Shown piece after piece: positions 1 to 14,984 of a stretch of 64,000 bases of DNA. Each line of letters starts with the position of its first letter. Position 1 is the stretch's first letter. Origin of the DNA: the human T2T-CHM13v2.0 reference genome, Homo sapiens; NCBI RefSeq assembly GCF_009914755.1, contig NC_060933.1; one strand, written 5' to 3'. Both the position numbers and the translations under genes were made by a program. Under the pieces are notes generated by a model, which saw only the letters and a list, made by a program, of their open reading frames with translations, was not told where the DNA came from and ran no database searches.

Positions 1-3000
1 CCATTCCATTCCGTTCCATTCCATTCCATTACATTCGGATTGGTTGTATTCAATTCCCTTACACTCTATTTCATTCCATTCCATTCGGGTTGTTTCCATT
101 CCATTCCATTCCATTCCACTCCATTCCATTGCACTCGGGTTCATTCCATTCCATTCCATTCCATTGCATTCCATTTCGTTCCATTCCATTCTATTCCGTA
201 CCATTCCATTCCATTCCATTCCATGCCATTCCACTCGGGTTGATTCCATTCCTTTCCATTCCATTTGGGTTGAATCCAATCCATTCCATTCCATTCCATT
301 CCATTCCATTCCATTCCATTCCATTCCATTCTATTCCATTGCACACGGGTTGATTCCATTGTATTCCATTCCGTTCCATTCGGGATGACTCCATTCCATT
401 GCCTTCCATTCCATTCCATTCCCCTGCACTCGGGTTGATTCCATTCCATTCCATGCCATTCCATTCCATTCCATTCCATTCTATTCCATTCCATTGAAGT
501 CCTTTCCATTCCATTCCACTCGTGTTGATTCCATTTTATTAGTTTCCATTCCATTCCATTCCCTTCCATTCCACTCTGGTTGATTCCATTCCTTTCCATT
601 CCACTCGAATTCATTCCCTTCTATTCCATTCGGAATGATTCCATTGCATTCCGTTCAATTCCATTCCATTCCATTCCATTTCGTTCCATTGCATTCTATT
701 CCGTACCATTCCATTCCATTCCATTCCATGCCATTCCATTCCATTCCATTCCATTCCATTGCACTAGGTTTGATTTCATTCCACTGCATTCCATTCCATT
801 CCATTCCATTCCATTCCATTCCATTCCATTCCGTTCCATTCAATTCCATTACATTCGGATTGATTGTATTCAATTCCCTTACACTCCATTACATTACATT
901 CCATTCGGGTTATTTCCATTCCATTCCATTCCATTCCATTCCATTCCATTGCACTCGGGTTGATTCCATTCCATTCAATTCCATTCCATTCCATTTCGTT
1001 CCATTCCAGTCTATTCCGTACCATTCCATTCCATTCCATTCCAGTCCATTCCATTCCTTTCCGTATGATTCCATTCCATTGCATTCCATTCCATTCCATT
1101 CCCTTGCACTCGGGTGGATTCCATTCTATTCCATTCCATTCCATTCCATTCCATTCCATTCCATTCCATTCCATTCCATTCTATTCGGGTTAATTTGATT
1201 CCATTCCATTCCATTGCATTCCATTCCATTCCATTCCACTGCACTCGGATTGATTCCATTCCATTCCATTCCATTCCATTCCATTCCATTCCATTCCATT
1301 TCATTTCGTTCCATTCCATTCTATTCCATTCCAATCCATTCCATTCCTTTCCATTTCATTTCGTTCCATTCCATTCTCTTCCGGACCATTCCATTCCATT
1401 CCATTACATGCCATTCCACTCCGGTTGATTCCATTCCTTTCCATTCCATTCGACTTGAATCCATTCCATTCCATTCCATTCCATTCCTTTCCATTGCACA
1501 CGTGTTCATTCCATTCCATTCCATTCCATTCCATTCCATTTCGTTCCATTCCATTCTCTTCCGTACCATTCCATTCCATTCCATTCCATTCCATTCCACT
1601 CCATTCCATGCCATTCCGCTCGGGTTTATTCCATTCCTTTCCATTCCATTCGGGTTGAATCCATTCCATTCCATTCCATTCCATTCAATTCCATTACATT
1701 GCACTCGGGTTGATTCCATTCCATTCCATTCCATTCCATTCCATTCCATTCCATTTCGTTTCATTCCATTCTCTTCCGTACCATTCCATTCCATTCCATT
1801 CCATTCCACTCCATTCCATGCCATTCCACTCGGGTTTATTCCATTCCTTTCCATTCCATTCGGGTTGAATCCTTTCCATTCCGTTCAATTCCATTCAATT
1901 CCATTACATTGCACTTGAGTTGATTCCATTCCATTCCATTCCATTCCATTTCATTACATTGCATTCCATTCCATTCCATTCCATGCTATTGCACTCGGGT
2001 TGATTCCATTCCTTTCCATTCCATTCGAGTTGAACCCATTCCATTCCATTCCATTCCATTCCATTGCACACGGGTTCATTCTATTCCATTCCATTCCATT
2101 CCATTCCGTTTCGTTCCATTCCATTCTATTCCGTACCATTCCTTTCCATTCCATTCCCTTCCATGCCATTTCACTCGGGTTTATTCCATTCCTTTCCATT
2201 CCATTCGGGTTGAATCCATTCCATTCCATTCCATTCCATTCCATTCCATTCCATTCCATTCCATTGCACTCGGGTTGATTCCATTCCATTCCATGCCATT
2301 CCATTTCATTCCATTCCATTCCGTTCCATTCCATTCTATTCAATTCAATTCAATTCCGTTCCATTCCATTCCATTCCATTCCATTGCATTCCGGATGATT
2401 CCATTCCATTACATTCCATTCCATTCCATTCCCCTGCACGCGGGTTGATCCCATTCCATTGCATTCCATTCCATTCCATTCCATTCCATTGCATTCCATT
2501 TCGTTCCATTCCATTCCATTCCATTCCATTCTGTTCAGGTTAATTCCATTCCATTCCATTCCCTTCCATTCCATTCCATTCCATTCCATTCCATTGCAAT
2601 CGAGTTGATTCCATTGCATTCCATTCCATTCCATTCCATTCCATTCTGTTCAGGTTAATTCCATTCCATTCCATTCCCTTCCATTCCATTACATTCCATT
2701 CCATTCCATTCCCCTGCACGCGGGTTGATCCCATTCCATTGCATTCCATTCCATTCCATTCCATTCCATTGCATTCCATTTCGTTCCATTCCATTCCATT
2801 CCATTTCATTCTGTTCAGGTTAATTCCATTCCATTCCATTCCCTTCCATTCCATTCCATTCCATTCCATTCCATTGCAATCGAGTTGATTCCATTGCATT
2901 CCATTCCATTCCATTGCATTGCATTCCATTCCATTCCATTCCCCTGTACTCAGAATGATTCCATTCCATTCCATTCCTTTCCATTCCGTTCCATTCCATT

Positions 3001-6000
3001 TCATTCCATTCCATTCCATTCCATTCCGTATGATTCCATTCCATTGCATTCCATTCCATTCAATTCCCCTGCACTCGCGTTGATTCCATTCCATTCCATT
3101 CCATTCCAATCCATTCCATTCCATTGCATTCCATTTCGTTCCATTCCATTCCATTCCTTTCCATTCCGTTCCATTCCATTCCATTCCATTCCATTCCATT
3201 CCGTATGATTCCATTCCATTGCATTCCATTCCATTCAATTCCCCTGCACTCGGGTGGATTCCATTCTATTCCATTCCATTCCATTCCATTCCATTCCATT
3301 CCATTCCATTCCGTTCCATTCCATTCCATTACATTCGGATTGAATCTATTCAATTCCCTTACACTCCATTACCTTCCATTCCATTCGGGTTGTTTCCTTT
3401 CCATTCCATTCCATTCCACTCCATTCCATTGCAATCCGGTTGATTCTATTCCATTCCATTCCATTCCATTCCGTATGATTCCATTCCATTGCATTCCATT
3501 CCAGTCCGTTCCACTGCACTCGGGTGGATTCCATTCTATTCCATTCCATTCCATTCCATTCCCTTCCTTTCCGTTCCATTCCATTCCATTCCATTGAAGT
3601 CCTTTCCATTCCATTCCACTCGTGTTGATTCCATTTTATTAGTTTCCATTCCATTCCATTCCCTTCCATTCCACTCTGGTTGATTCCATTCCTTTCCATT
3701 CCACTCGAATTCATTCCCTTCTATTCCTTTCGGAATGATTCCATTGCATTCCGTTCCATTCCATTCCATTCCATTCCTTTTCGTTCCATTGCATTCTATT
3801 CCGTACCATTCCATTCCATTCCATTCCATGCCATTCCACTCCGGTTGATTCCATTGTTTTCCATTCCATTTGGGTTGAATCCATTCCATTCCATTCCATC
3901 CCATTCCATTCCATTGCACTAGGTTTGATTTCATTCCACTGCATTCCATTCCATTCCATTCCATTGCATTCCATTCCGTTCCATTCAATTCCATTACATT
4001 CGGATTGATTGTATTCAATTCCCTTACACTCCATTACATTCCATTCCATTCGGGTTATTTCCATTCCATTCCATTCCATTCCATTGCACTCGGGTTGATT
4101 CCATTCCATTCAATTCCATTCCATTCCATTTCGTTCCATTCCAGTCTATTCCGTACCATTCCATTCCATTCCATTCCAGTCCATTCCATTCCTTTCCGTA
4201 TGATTCCATTCCATTTCATTCCATTCCATTCCCTTGCACTCGGGTGGATTCCATTCTATTCCATTCCATTCCATTCCATTCCATTCCATTCCATTCCATT
4301 CCATTCCATTCCATTCCATTCTATTCGGGTTAATTTGATTCCATTCCATTCCATTCCGTTCCATTCCATTCCATTCCATTCAGATTGATTCTATTCAATT
4401 CCCTTACACTCCATTACATTACATTCCATTCGTGTTGTTTCCATTCCATTCCATTGCAATCCATTCCATTACATTCCATTCTATTCGGGTTAATTCCATT
4501 CCATTCCATTCCCTTCCATTCCATTCCATTGCATTCCATTCCATTCTATTCGGGTTAATTCCTTTCCATTCCATTCGATTGCATTCCATTCCATTCCATT
4601 CCGTATGATTCCATTCCATTGCATTCCATTCCATTCCATTCCCCTGCACTCGTGTGGATTCCATTCTATTCCATTCCATTCCATTCCCTTACATTCCATT
4701 CCATTCCATTCCATTCCATTCCATTCCATTCCATTCCATTCCATTCTATTCGGGTTAATTTGATTCCATTCCATTCCATTCCATTCCGTTCCATTCCATT
4801 CCATTCCATTCGGATTGATTCTATTCAATTCCCTTACACTCAATTACATTCCATTCCATTCGTCTTGTTTCCATTCCATTCCATTCCATTCCATTACATT
4901 ACATTACATTCTATTCGGGTTAATTCCATTCAATTCCATTCCCTTCCATTCCATTCCATTGCATTCCATTCCATTCCATTCCATTATATTCCGGTTAATT
5001 CCATTCCATTGCATTCCATTCCATTCCATTCCATTCCATTCCATTCCATTCCATTCCATTCCATTTCAATCGTGTTGATTCGATTGCATTCCATTCCATT
5101 CCATTCCATTCCATTCCATTCCATTCCATTCCATTCCATTCCAGATGATTCCATTCCATTGCCTTCCATTCCATTCCATTCCCCTGCACTCGGGTGAATT
5201 CCATTCTATTCCATTCCATTCCATTCCTTTCCATTGAAATCGAGTTGATTCCATTCCATTTCATTCCATTCCATACCATTCCATTCCATTCCGTTCCATT
5301 CCGGATGATTCCATTCCAGTGCATACCATTCCATTAAATTTCCCTGCACTCAGCTTTATTCCATTCCATTCCATTCCATTCCATTCCATTCTATTCCATA
5401 CCATTCCATTCCATTCCATTCCATTCCATTCCATTCCATTCCATGGCATTCCACTCGGGTTGATTCCATTCCCTTCCATTCCATTCGAGTTGAATCCATT
5501 CCATTCCATTCCATTCCATTCCATTCCATTGCACACGGGTTCATTCCATTCCATTCCATTCCATTCCATTCCATTCCATTCCGTTCCATTCCATTTCGTT
5601 CCCTTCCATTCTATTCCATACCATTCCATTCCATTCCATTCCATTCCATTCCATTCCGTTCCATTCCATTTCGTTCCCTTCCATTCGATTCCATACCATT
5701 CCATTCCATTCCATTCCACTCCATTCCATGCCAATCCACTCGGGTTTATTCCATTCTATTCCATTCCATTCGGGTTGAATCCATTCCATTCCATTCCATT
5801 CCATTCAATTCCATTACATTGCCCTCGGGTTGATTCCATTCCATTCCATTCCATTCCATTTCATTCCATTCCATTCCATTCCATTCCATTCCATTCCATT
5901 CCATTCCATTCCATGCCATTCCACTCGGGTTGATTCCATTCCTTTGCATTCCATTCGACTTGAACCCATTCCATTCCATTCCATTCCATTCCAATCCATT

Positions 6001-9000
6001 GCACACGGGTCCATTCCATTCCATTCCATTCCATTCCATTCCATTCCATTTCTTTCCATTCCATTCTATTCCGTACCATTCCATTCCATTCCATTCCATT
6101 CCATTCCATTCCATTCCATGCCATTCCACTCGGGTTTATTCAATTCCTTTCCAATCTATTTGGGTTGAATCCATTCCTTTCCATTCCATTCCATTCAATT
6201 CCATTCCATTGCACTCGGGTTGATTCCATTCCATTCCATGGCATTCCATTTCATTCCATTCCATTCCATTCCATTCCATTCCATTCCATTCCATTCCATT
6301 CCATTCCTTTCCATTCCATTGCAATCGAGTTGATTCCATTACATTCCATTCCATTCCATTCCAGTCCTTTCCATTCCATTCCACTCGGGTTGATTCCATT
6401 CTATTCCTTTCCATTCCATTCGATTCCATTCCATTCCACTCTGGTTGATTCCATTCCTTTTCATTGCACTCGAATACATTCCCTTCTATTCCACTCGGAA
6501 TGATTCCATTCCATTCCATTAAATTCCATTCCATTCCATTCCATTCCATTCCGTTTTGTTCCATTACATTCTATTCTGTACCATTCCACTCTATTCCATT
6601 CCATTCCATTCCATGCCATTCCTCTCGCGTTGATTCAATTCCATTCCATTGCACACGGGTTGATGCCATTCCATTCCATTCCGTTCCATTCCGGATGACT
6701 CCATTCCATTGCATTCCATTCCATTCCATTCCTCTGCACTCGGTTTCATTACATTCCATTCCATTCACTTCCATTCCATTCCATTCCATTTCAATCGAGT
6801 TGATTGCATTCAATTCCATTCCATTCCATTCCATTCCGGATGATTCCATTCCATTGCCTTCCATTCCATTCCATTCCCCTGCACTCGGGTTGATTCCATT
6901 CCATTCCATTCCATTCCATTCCATTCCATTGCATTCCATTCCATTCCGTTACATTCCATTCTATTCCGTACCATTCCATTCCATTCCATTCCACTCCATT
7001 CCATGCCATTCCACTCGGGTTGATTCCATTCCTTTCCATTCCATTCGAGTTGAATCCATTCCATTCCATTCCATTCCATTCCATTCCATTCCATTCCATT
7101 CCATTGCACACGGGTTCATTCCATTCCATTCCATTCCATTCCATTCCATTCCATTCCATTTCGTTCCATTCCATTCTATTCTATACCATTCCATTCCATT
7201 CCATTCCATTCCATTGCATTCCATTCCATTTCGTTCCATTCCATTCTATTCCGTACCATTCCATTCCATTCCATTCCACTCAATTCCATGCCATTCCACT
7301 CTGGTTGATTCCATTCCTTTCGATTCCATTCGAGTTGAACCCATTCCATTCCATTCCATTCCATTCCATTCCATTCCATTCCAATTCATTGCACACGGGT
7401 TCATTCCATTCCATTCCATTCCATTCAATTCCATTTCGTTCTATTCCATTCTATCCCGTACCATTACATTCCATTCCATTGCATTCCATTCCATTCCATT
7501 CCACTGCACTCGGGTGGATTCCATTCTATTCCATTCCATTCAATTCCATTCCATTCAATTCCATTCCATTCCATTCCATTCCATTCCATTCCATTCTATT
7601 CGGGTTAATTTCATTCCATTCCATTTTGTTCCATTCCATTCTATTACTTACCATTCCATTCCATTCCATTCCATTCCATTCCATTCCATGCCATTCCACT
7701 CGGGTTAATTCCATTCCTTTCCATTAAATTCGTGTTGAATCCATTCCATTCGATTCCACTTCATTCGATTCCATTCCATTGCACTCGGGTCCATTCCATT
7801 CCATTCCATTCCATTCCATTCCATTCCATTGTACTAGGTTTGATTCCATTCCACTGCATTCCATTACATTCCATTCCATTCCATTCCGTTCCATTCCATT
7901 CCATTACATTCGGATTGGTTGTATTCAATTCCCTTACACTCCATTACATTCCATTCCATTCGGGTTGTTTCCATTCCATTCCATTCCATTCCACTCCATT
8001 CCTTTGCACTCGGGTTCATTCCATTCCATTCCATTCCATTGCATTCCATTTCGTTCCATTCCATTCTATTCCGTACCATTCCATTCCATTCCATTCCATG
8101 CCATTCCACTCGGGTTGATTCCATTCCTTTCCATTCCATTCGGGTTGAATCCAATCCATTCCATTCCATTCCATTCCGTTCCATTGGAATCGGGTTGATT
8201 CCATTCCATTCCATTCCGTTCCATTCCGGATGACTCCATTCCATTGCCTTCCATTCCATTCCATTCCCCTGCAATCGGGTTGATTCCATTCCATTCCATG
8301 TCATTCCATTCCATTCCATTCCATTCCATTCCATTCCATTCCATTGAAGTCCTTTCCATTCCATTCCATTCCATTCCATTCCATGCCATTCCACTCTGGT
8401 TTATTGAATTCCTTTCCATTCCATTCGGGTTGAATCCATTCCTTTCCATTCCATTCCGTTCAATTCCATTCCACTGCACTCGTGTTGACTCCATTCCATT
8501 CCATGCCATTCCATTTCATTGCGTTCCATTCCATTCCATTACATTCGGATTGATTCTTTTCAATTCCCTTACACTCCATTACATTCCATTCCATTTGGGT
8601 AGTTTCCATTCCATTCCATTCCATTACACTCCATTGCATTGCACTCGGGATGATTGAATCCATTCCATTGCATTCCATTCCATTCCATTCCATTCCATTC
8701 CATTCCGGATGATTCCATTCCATTGCATTCCATTCCATTCCATTCCCCTGCACTCGGGTTGATTCCATTCCATTCCATTCCTTTCCATTCCGTTCCATTC
8801 CATTCCATTCCATTCCATTCCATGCTGTTCAGGTTAATTGCATTCCAATCCATTCCCTTCCATTCCATTCCATTCCATTCCATTCCATTCCATTCCATTG
8901 CAATCGAGTTGATTCCATTGCATTCCATTCCATTCCTTTCCATTGCATTCCATTGCATTCCATTCCCCTGCACTCAGGTTGATTCCATTCCATTCCATTC

Positions 9001-9460
9001 CATTCCATTCCATTCCATTCCATTCCCGTTAATTCCATTCCATTACATTCCATTACATTCCATTGCAATCGAGTTGATTCCATTCCATTCCATTCCATTC
9101 CATTCCATTCCATTCCATTCAAGTCCTTTCCATTCCATTCCACTCGTGTTGATTCCATTTTATTAGTTTCCATTCTATTCCATTCCCTTCCATTCCACTC
9201 TGGTTGATTCCATTCCTTTCCATTCCACTCGAATTCATTCCCTTCTATTCCACTCGGAATGAATCCGTTCCATTCCGTTCCATTTCATTCCATTCCATTC
9301 CATTTCGTTTCTTTGCATTCTATTCCGTACCATTCCATTCCATTCCATTCCATGCCATTCCACTCGGGTTGATTCCATTGCTTTCCATTCCATTTGGGTT
9401 GAATCCATTCCATTCCATTCCATTCCATTCCATTCCATTCCATTCCGGATGATTCCATTC
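1..9460 (+). repeat. Higher-order block B, copy 1 (left end truncated by the window; the A/B boundary is defined only by the window start)
   Basis: Near-identical to 16192-~25600. Identical or co-starting ORFs recur at offsets 16191 (40 vs 16231, 580 vs 16771), 16196 (3346 vs 19542), 16181 (5261 vs 21442), 16126 (6571 vs 22697), 16131 (7732 vs 23863) and 16136 (9204 vs 25340). Confidence 0.92.
2400..2900 (+). repeat. ~280 bp internal duplication (also at ~18590-19080)
   Basis: CCCCTGCACGCGGGTTGATCCC at 2431 and 2711, and at 18617 and 18897. Only one copy in B3 (~50335). Confidence 0.85.
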
Positions 9461-9529
9461 CATTCCATTCCATTCCATTCCATTCCATTCCATTCCATAG
9501 CAATCGAGTTGATTCCATTCCATTCCATT

Positions 9530-9875
9530 CCATTCCGGATGATTCCGTTCCATTGCCTTCCATTCCATTCCATTCCCCTGCACCCGGGTTGATTCCATTC
9601 CATTCCATTCCATTCCATTCCATTCCTTTCCATTCCATTCCATTCCATTCCCTTCCATTCCTTTCCATTCTATTCGTGTTAATAACATTCCATTCCATTC
9701 CATTCCATTCCGGATGATTCCGTTCCATTGCCTTCCATTCCATTCCATTCCCCTGCACCCGGGTTGATTCCATTCCATTCCATTCCATTCCATTCCTTTC
9801 CATTCCATTCCATTCCATTCCCTTCCATTCCTTTCCATTCTATTCGTGTTAATAACATTCCATTCCATTCCATTC
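9530..9875 (+). repeat. ~170-175 bp direct tandem duplication
   Basis: CGGATGATTCCGTTCCATTGCC at 9536 and 9711, and AATAAC at 9681 and 9851. Single copy in A2. Confidence 0.88.
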
Positions 9876-11459
9876 CGTTTCATTGCAATCGAGTTGATTC
9901 CATTCCATTCCATTCCATTCCATTCCATTCCATTCCATTCCATTGCATTCCATTCCATTCCATTCCATTGCATTCCACTCGTTTTGATCCAATTGCTTTA
10001 CATTCCATTCGGGTTGAAGCCATTCCATTCCATTCCATTCCTTTCGATTCAATTCCATTGCACTCGGGTTGATCCCATTCCATTGCATTCCATTCCATTC
10101 CATTGCATTCCATTCCGTTCCATTCCATTCCATTACATTCGGATTGATTCTATTCAATTCCCTTACACTCCATTCCATTCCATTCCATTCGGGTTGTTTC
10201 CATTCCATTCCATTCCATTCCATTGCACTAGGGTTGATTCCATTGTATTAAATTCCATTCCATTCCATTTCGTTCCATTCCTTTCTATTCCGTAACATTC
10301 CATTCCATTCCATACATTCCATTCCATGCCATTCCAGTCGGGTTGATTCCATGCCTTTCCATTCCATTGGTGTTGAATCCATTCCATTCCATTCCATTCC
10401 ATTCCATTCTGTATGATTCCATTCCATTGCATTCCATTCCATTCCATACCCCTGCACTCGGGTGGATTCCATTCTATTCCATTGCATTCCATTGCATTCC
10501 ATTCCATTACATTCCATTCCATTCCATTCCATTGCAATCGAGTTGATTGCATTCCATTCCATTCCATTCCATTTCGTTCCATTCCATTCTATTCCGTACC
10601 ATTCCATTCCATTCCATTCCATTCCATTCCATTCCATGCCATTCCACTCGGGTTGATTCCATTCCTTTCCATTCCATTCGAGTTGAATCCATTCCATTCC
10701 ATTCCATTCCATTCGATTCCATTCCATTGCACACGGGTTCATTCCATTCCATTCCATTCCATTCCATTCCATTCCATTCTATTTCGTTCCATTCCATTCT
10801 ATTCTGTACCATTCTATTCCATTCCATTCCACTCCATTCCATGCCATTCCACTCGGGTTTATTCCATTCCTTTTCATTCCATTCGGGTTGAATCCATTCC
10901 ATTCCATTCCATTCCCTTCGATTCCATTACATTGCACTCGGGATGATTCCATTCCATTCCACTCCATTCCATTCCATTTCATTCCATTCCATTCCATTGC
11001 ACACGGGTTCATTCCATGCCATTCCATTCCATTCCATTCCATTCCATTCCATTCCATTCCATTTTGCTCCATTCCATTCTATTCCGTACCATTCCATTGC
11101 ATTCCATTCCATTCCATTCCATTCCATTCCATGCCATTCCACTCGGGTTGATTCCATTCCTTTCCATTCCATTCGGGTTGAATCCATTCCATTCCATTCC
11201 ATTCCTTTCCATTCCATTGCACACGGGTTGATTCCATTCCATTCCATTCCGTTCCATTCCGGAGACTCCATTCCATTGCATTCAATTCCATTCCATTCCC
11301 CTGCACTCGGGTTCATTCCATTCCATTCCATTTCATTCCATTCCATTCCATTCCATTCCATTCCATTCCATTCCATTCCATTCCATTCCTTTCTATTCCA
11401 TTCCATTACATTCGGATTGATTCTTTTTAATTCCCTTACACTCCATTACATTCCATTCC

Positions 11460-11474
11460 ATTCGGGAAGTTTCC
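11460..11474. promoter_or_regulatory. Perfect three-unit heat-shock element consensus (nTTCnnGAAnnTTCn), putative HSF site
   Basis: Sequence aTTCggGAAgtTTCc. The consensus match is direct; binding is untested. Confidence 0.4.
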
Positions 11475-14400
11475 ATTTCATTCCATTCCATTCCATTCCA
11501 TTCTATTCCATACCATTCCATTCCATTCCACTCAATTCCACTCCATTCCATGCCATTGCACTCGGGTTGATTCCATTCCTTTCTATTCCATTCGGGTTGA
11601 AGCCATTCCATTCCATTCCATTCCTTTCGATTCCATTCCATTGCACTCGGGTTGATCCCATTCCATTGCATTCCATTCCATTCCATTACATTCCATTCCG
11701 TTCCATTCCATTCTATTACATTCGGATTGATTCTATTCAATTCCCTTACACTCCATTACATTCTATTCCATTCGGGTTGTTTCCTTTCCATTCCATTCCA
11801 TTCCATTCCATTCCATTCCCCTGCACTCGGGTTGTTTACATTCCATTCCATTCCATTTCCATTCCGTTCCATTCCATTCCATTCCATTCTGTTCAGGTTA
11901 ATTCCATTCCATTCCATTCCCTTCCATTTCATTCCATTCCATTGCATTCCATTACAATCGAGTTGATTCCATTCCATTCCATTCCATTGCATTCCATTCC
12001 ATTCCATTCCCCTGCACTCAGGTTGATTCCATTCCATTCCATTCCATTCCATTCCATTCCGTTCCGTTCCATTCCACTCCATTCCATTCTATTCGCATTA
12101 ATTCCATTCCATTCCATTCCATTACATTCCACTGCAATTGAGTTGATTCCATTGCATTCCATTCCATTCCATTCCATTTCGTTCCATTCCATTCTATAAC
12201 GTACCATTCCATTCCATTCCATTCCGTTACAATCCATGCCATTCCACTCGTGTTGATTCCATTCCTTTCCATTCCTTTCGAGTTGAATGCATTCCATTCC
12301 ATTCCATTCCATTCCATTCCATTCCATTGCACACGGGTTCATTCCATTCCATTCCATTCCATTCCATTCCATTCCCTTGCACTATGTTTGATTCCATTCC
12401 ACTGCATTCCATTCCATTCCATTCCATTCCATTCCATTCCATTCCATTCCAATCCATTCCATTCCACTCGGGTTGATTCCATTCCTTTCCATTCCATTCG
12501 GGTTGAAGCCATTCCATTCCATTCCATTCCTTTCGATTCCATTCCATTGCACTCGGGTTGATCCCATTCCATTGCATTCCATTCCATTCCATTGCATTCC
12601 ATTCCGTTCCATTCCATTCCATTACATTCGGATTGATTCTATTCAATTCCCTTACACTCCGTTACATTCCATTCCATTCGGTTTGTTTCCATTCTATTCC
12701 ATTCCATTCCACTCCATTCCATTGCAATCGGGTTGATTCCATTCCATTCCATTCCATTCCATTCCATTCCATTCCATTCCGTATGATTCCATTCCATTGC
12801 ATCCCTTCCATTCCATTTCCCTGCACTCAGGTGAATTCCATTCTATTCCATTCTATTCCTTTCCATTCCATTCCATTCCTTTCCATTGCATTCCATTCCA
12901 TTGCATTCCATTCCATTCCATTCTATTCTATTCGGGTTAAATTCATTCCATTCCATTCCATTCCATTCCATTCCATTGAAATCGAGTTGATTCCATTCCA
13001 TTCCATTCCATTCCTTTCCATTCCATTCCATTCTATTCGGGTTAATTCCATTCCATTCCATTCCATTCCATTCCCTTCCATTCCATTCCATTCCATTCCA
13101 TTATATTAGGGTTAATTCCATTCCATTCCATTCCATTCCATTCCATTCCATTCCATTCCATTCCAGTGCAATCGAGTTGATTCCATTCCATTCCATTCCA
13201 TTCCATTCAATTCCGGATGATTCCATTCCATTGCCTTCCATTCCATTCCATTCCACTGCACTCGGGTTGATTCCATTCCATTCCATTCCATTCCATTCCA
13301 TTCCATTCCATTCCATTCCATTCCATTTCATTTCGTTCCATTCCATTCTATTCCATTCCAATCCATTCCATTCCATTCCATTTCATTTCGTTCCATTCCA
13401 TTCTCTTCCGGACCATTCCATTCCATTCCATTCCATGCTATTCCACTCCGGTTGATTCCATTCCTTTCCATTCCATTCGACTTGAATCCATTCCATTCCA
13501 TTCCATTCCATTCGATTCCTTTCCATTGCACACGGGTCCATTCCATTCCATTCCATTCCATTCCATTCCATTCCATTTCGTTCCATTCCATTCTCTTCCG
13601 TACCATTCCATTCCATTCCATTCCACTCCATTCCATGCCATTCTGCTCGGGTTTATTCCATTCCTTTCCATTCCATTCGGGTTGAATCCATTCCATTCCT
13701 TTCCATTCCATTCAATTCCATTACATTGCACTCGGGTTGATTCCATTCCATTCCATTCCATTTCATTCCATTCGGGTTGAATCCATTCCATTCCTTTCCA
13801 TTCCATTCAATTCCATTACATTGCACTCGGGTTGATTCCATTCCATTCCATTCCATTTCATTCCATTCCATTCCATTCCATTCCATTTCGTTTCATTCCA
13901 ATCTCTTCCGTACCATTCCATTCCATTCCATTCCATTCCACTCCATTCCATGCCCTTCCACTCGGGTTTATTCCATTCCTTTCCATTCCATTCGGGTTGA
14001 ATCCTTTCCATTCCGTTCAATTCCATTCAATTCCATTACATTGCACTCGAGTTGATTTCATTCCATTCCATTCCATTCCATGCCATTCCACTCGGGTTGA
14101 TTCCATTCCTTTCCATTCCATTCGAGTTGAACCCATTCCATTCCATTCCATTCCATTCCATTCCATTGCACACGGGTTCATTCCATTCCATTCCATTCCA
14201 TTCCACTCCATTCCATTCCATTTCGTTCCATTCCATTCTATTCCATACCATTCCTTTCAATTCCATTCCCTTCCATGCCATTTCACTCGGGTTTATTAAA
14301 TTCTTTTCCATTCCATTCGTGTTGAATCCATTCCATTCCATTCCATTCCATTCCATTCCATTCCATTCGATTCCATTCCATTGCACTCGGGTTGATTCCA

Positions 14401-14984
14401 TTCCATTCCATGCCATTCCATTTCATTCCATTCCATTCCGTTCCATTCCATTCCATTCCATTCAATTCAATTCCGTTCCATTCCATTACATTACATTCGG
14501 ATTGATTCTTTTTAATTCCCTTACACTCCATTACATTCCATTCCATTCGGGTACTTTCCATTCCATTCCATTCCATTCCACTGCATTCTATTGCACTCGG
14601 GTTGATTGATTCCATTCCTTTGCATTCCATTCAATTCCATTCCATTCCGGATGATTCCATTCCATTGCATCCCATTCCATTCCATTCCCCTGCACTCGGG
14701 TTGATCCCATTCCATTGCATTCCATTCCATTCCATTCCATTCCATTGCATTCCATTCCGTTCCATTCCATTCCATTCCATTCCATTCTGTTCAGGTTAAT
14801 TCCATTCCATTCCATTCCCTTCCATTCCATTCCATTCCATTCCATTCCATTCCATTGCAATCGAGTTGATTCCATTGCATTCCATTCCATTCCATTGCAT
14901 TGCATTCCATTCCATTCCATTCCCTTGTACTCAGAATGATTCCATTCCATTCCATTCCATTCCATTCCGTTCCATTCCATTCCA

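Noticed and set aside
601-612. Short palindromes (GAATTC, TCCGGA, CCCGGG, TGCA) as hairpins or terminators
   Set aside because: They are only 4-6 bp, and the strong C/T vs G strand skew precludes long inverted repeats.
7500-8350. ~8 kb half-period within the 16.2 kb unit (7500-8350 resembles 15830-16690)
   Set aside because: The similarity spans only ~850 bp and the flanks diverge, so it is a dispersed sub-block and not a true dimeric structure.
13101-13115. TTAGGG hexamers (13106, 42041, 45189, 63470) as interstitial telomere
   Set aside because: These are isolated single hexamers arising from TTCGGG>TTAGGG substitution, not tandem arrays.
14548-14560. GGGTACTTTCC and GGGAAGTTTCC as NF-kB sites
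   Set aside because: They do not fit the 10-bp GGGRNWYYCC consensus (one extra base). They are simple variants of GGGTTGTTTCC.
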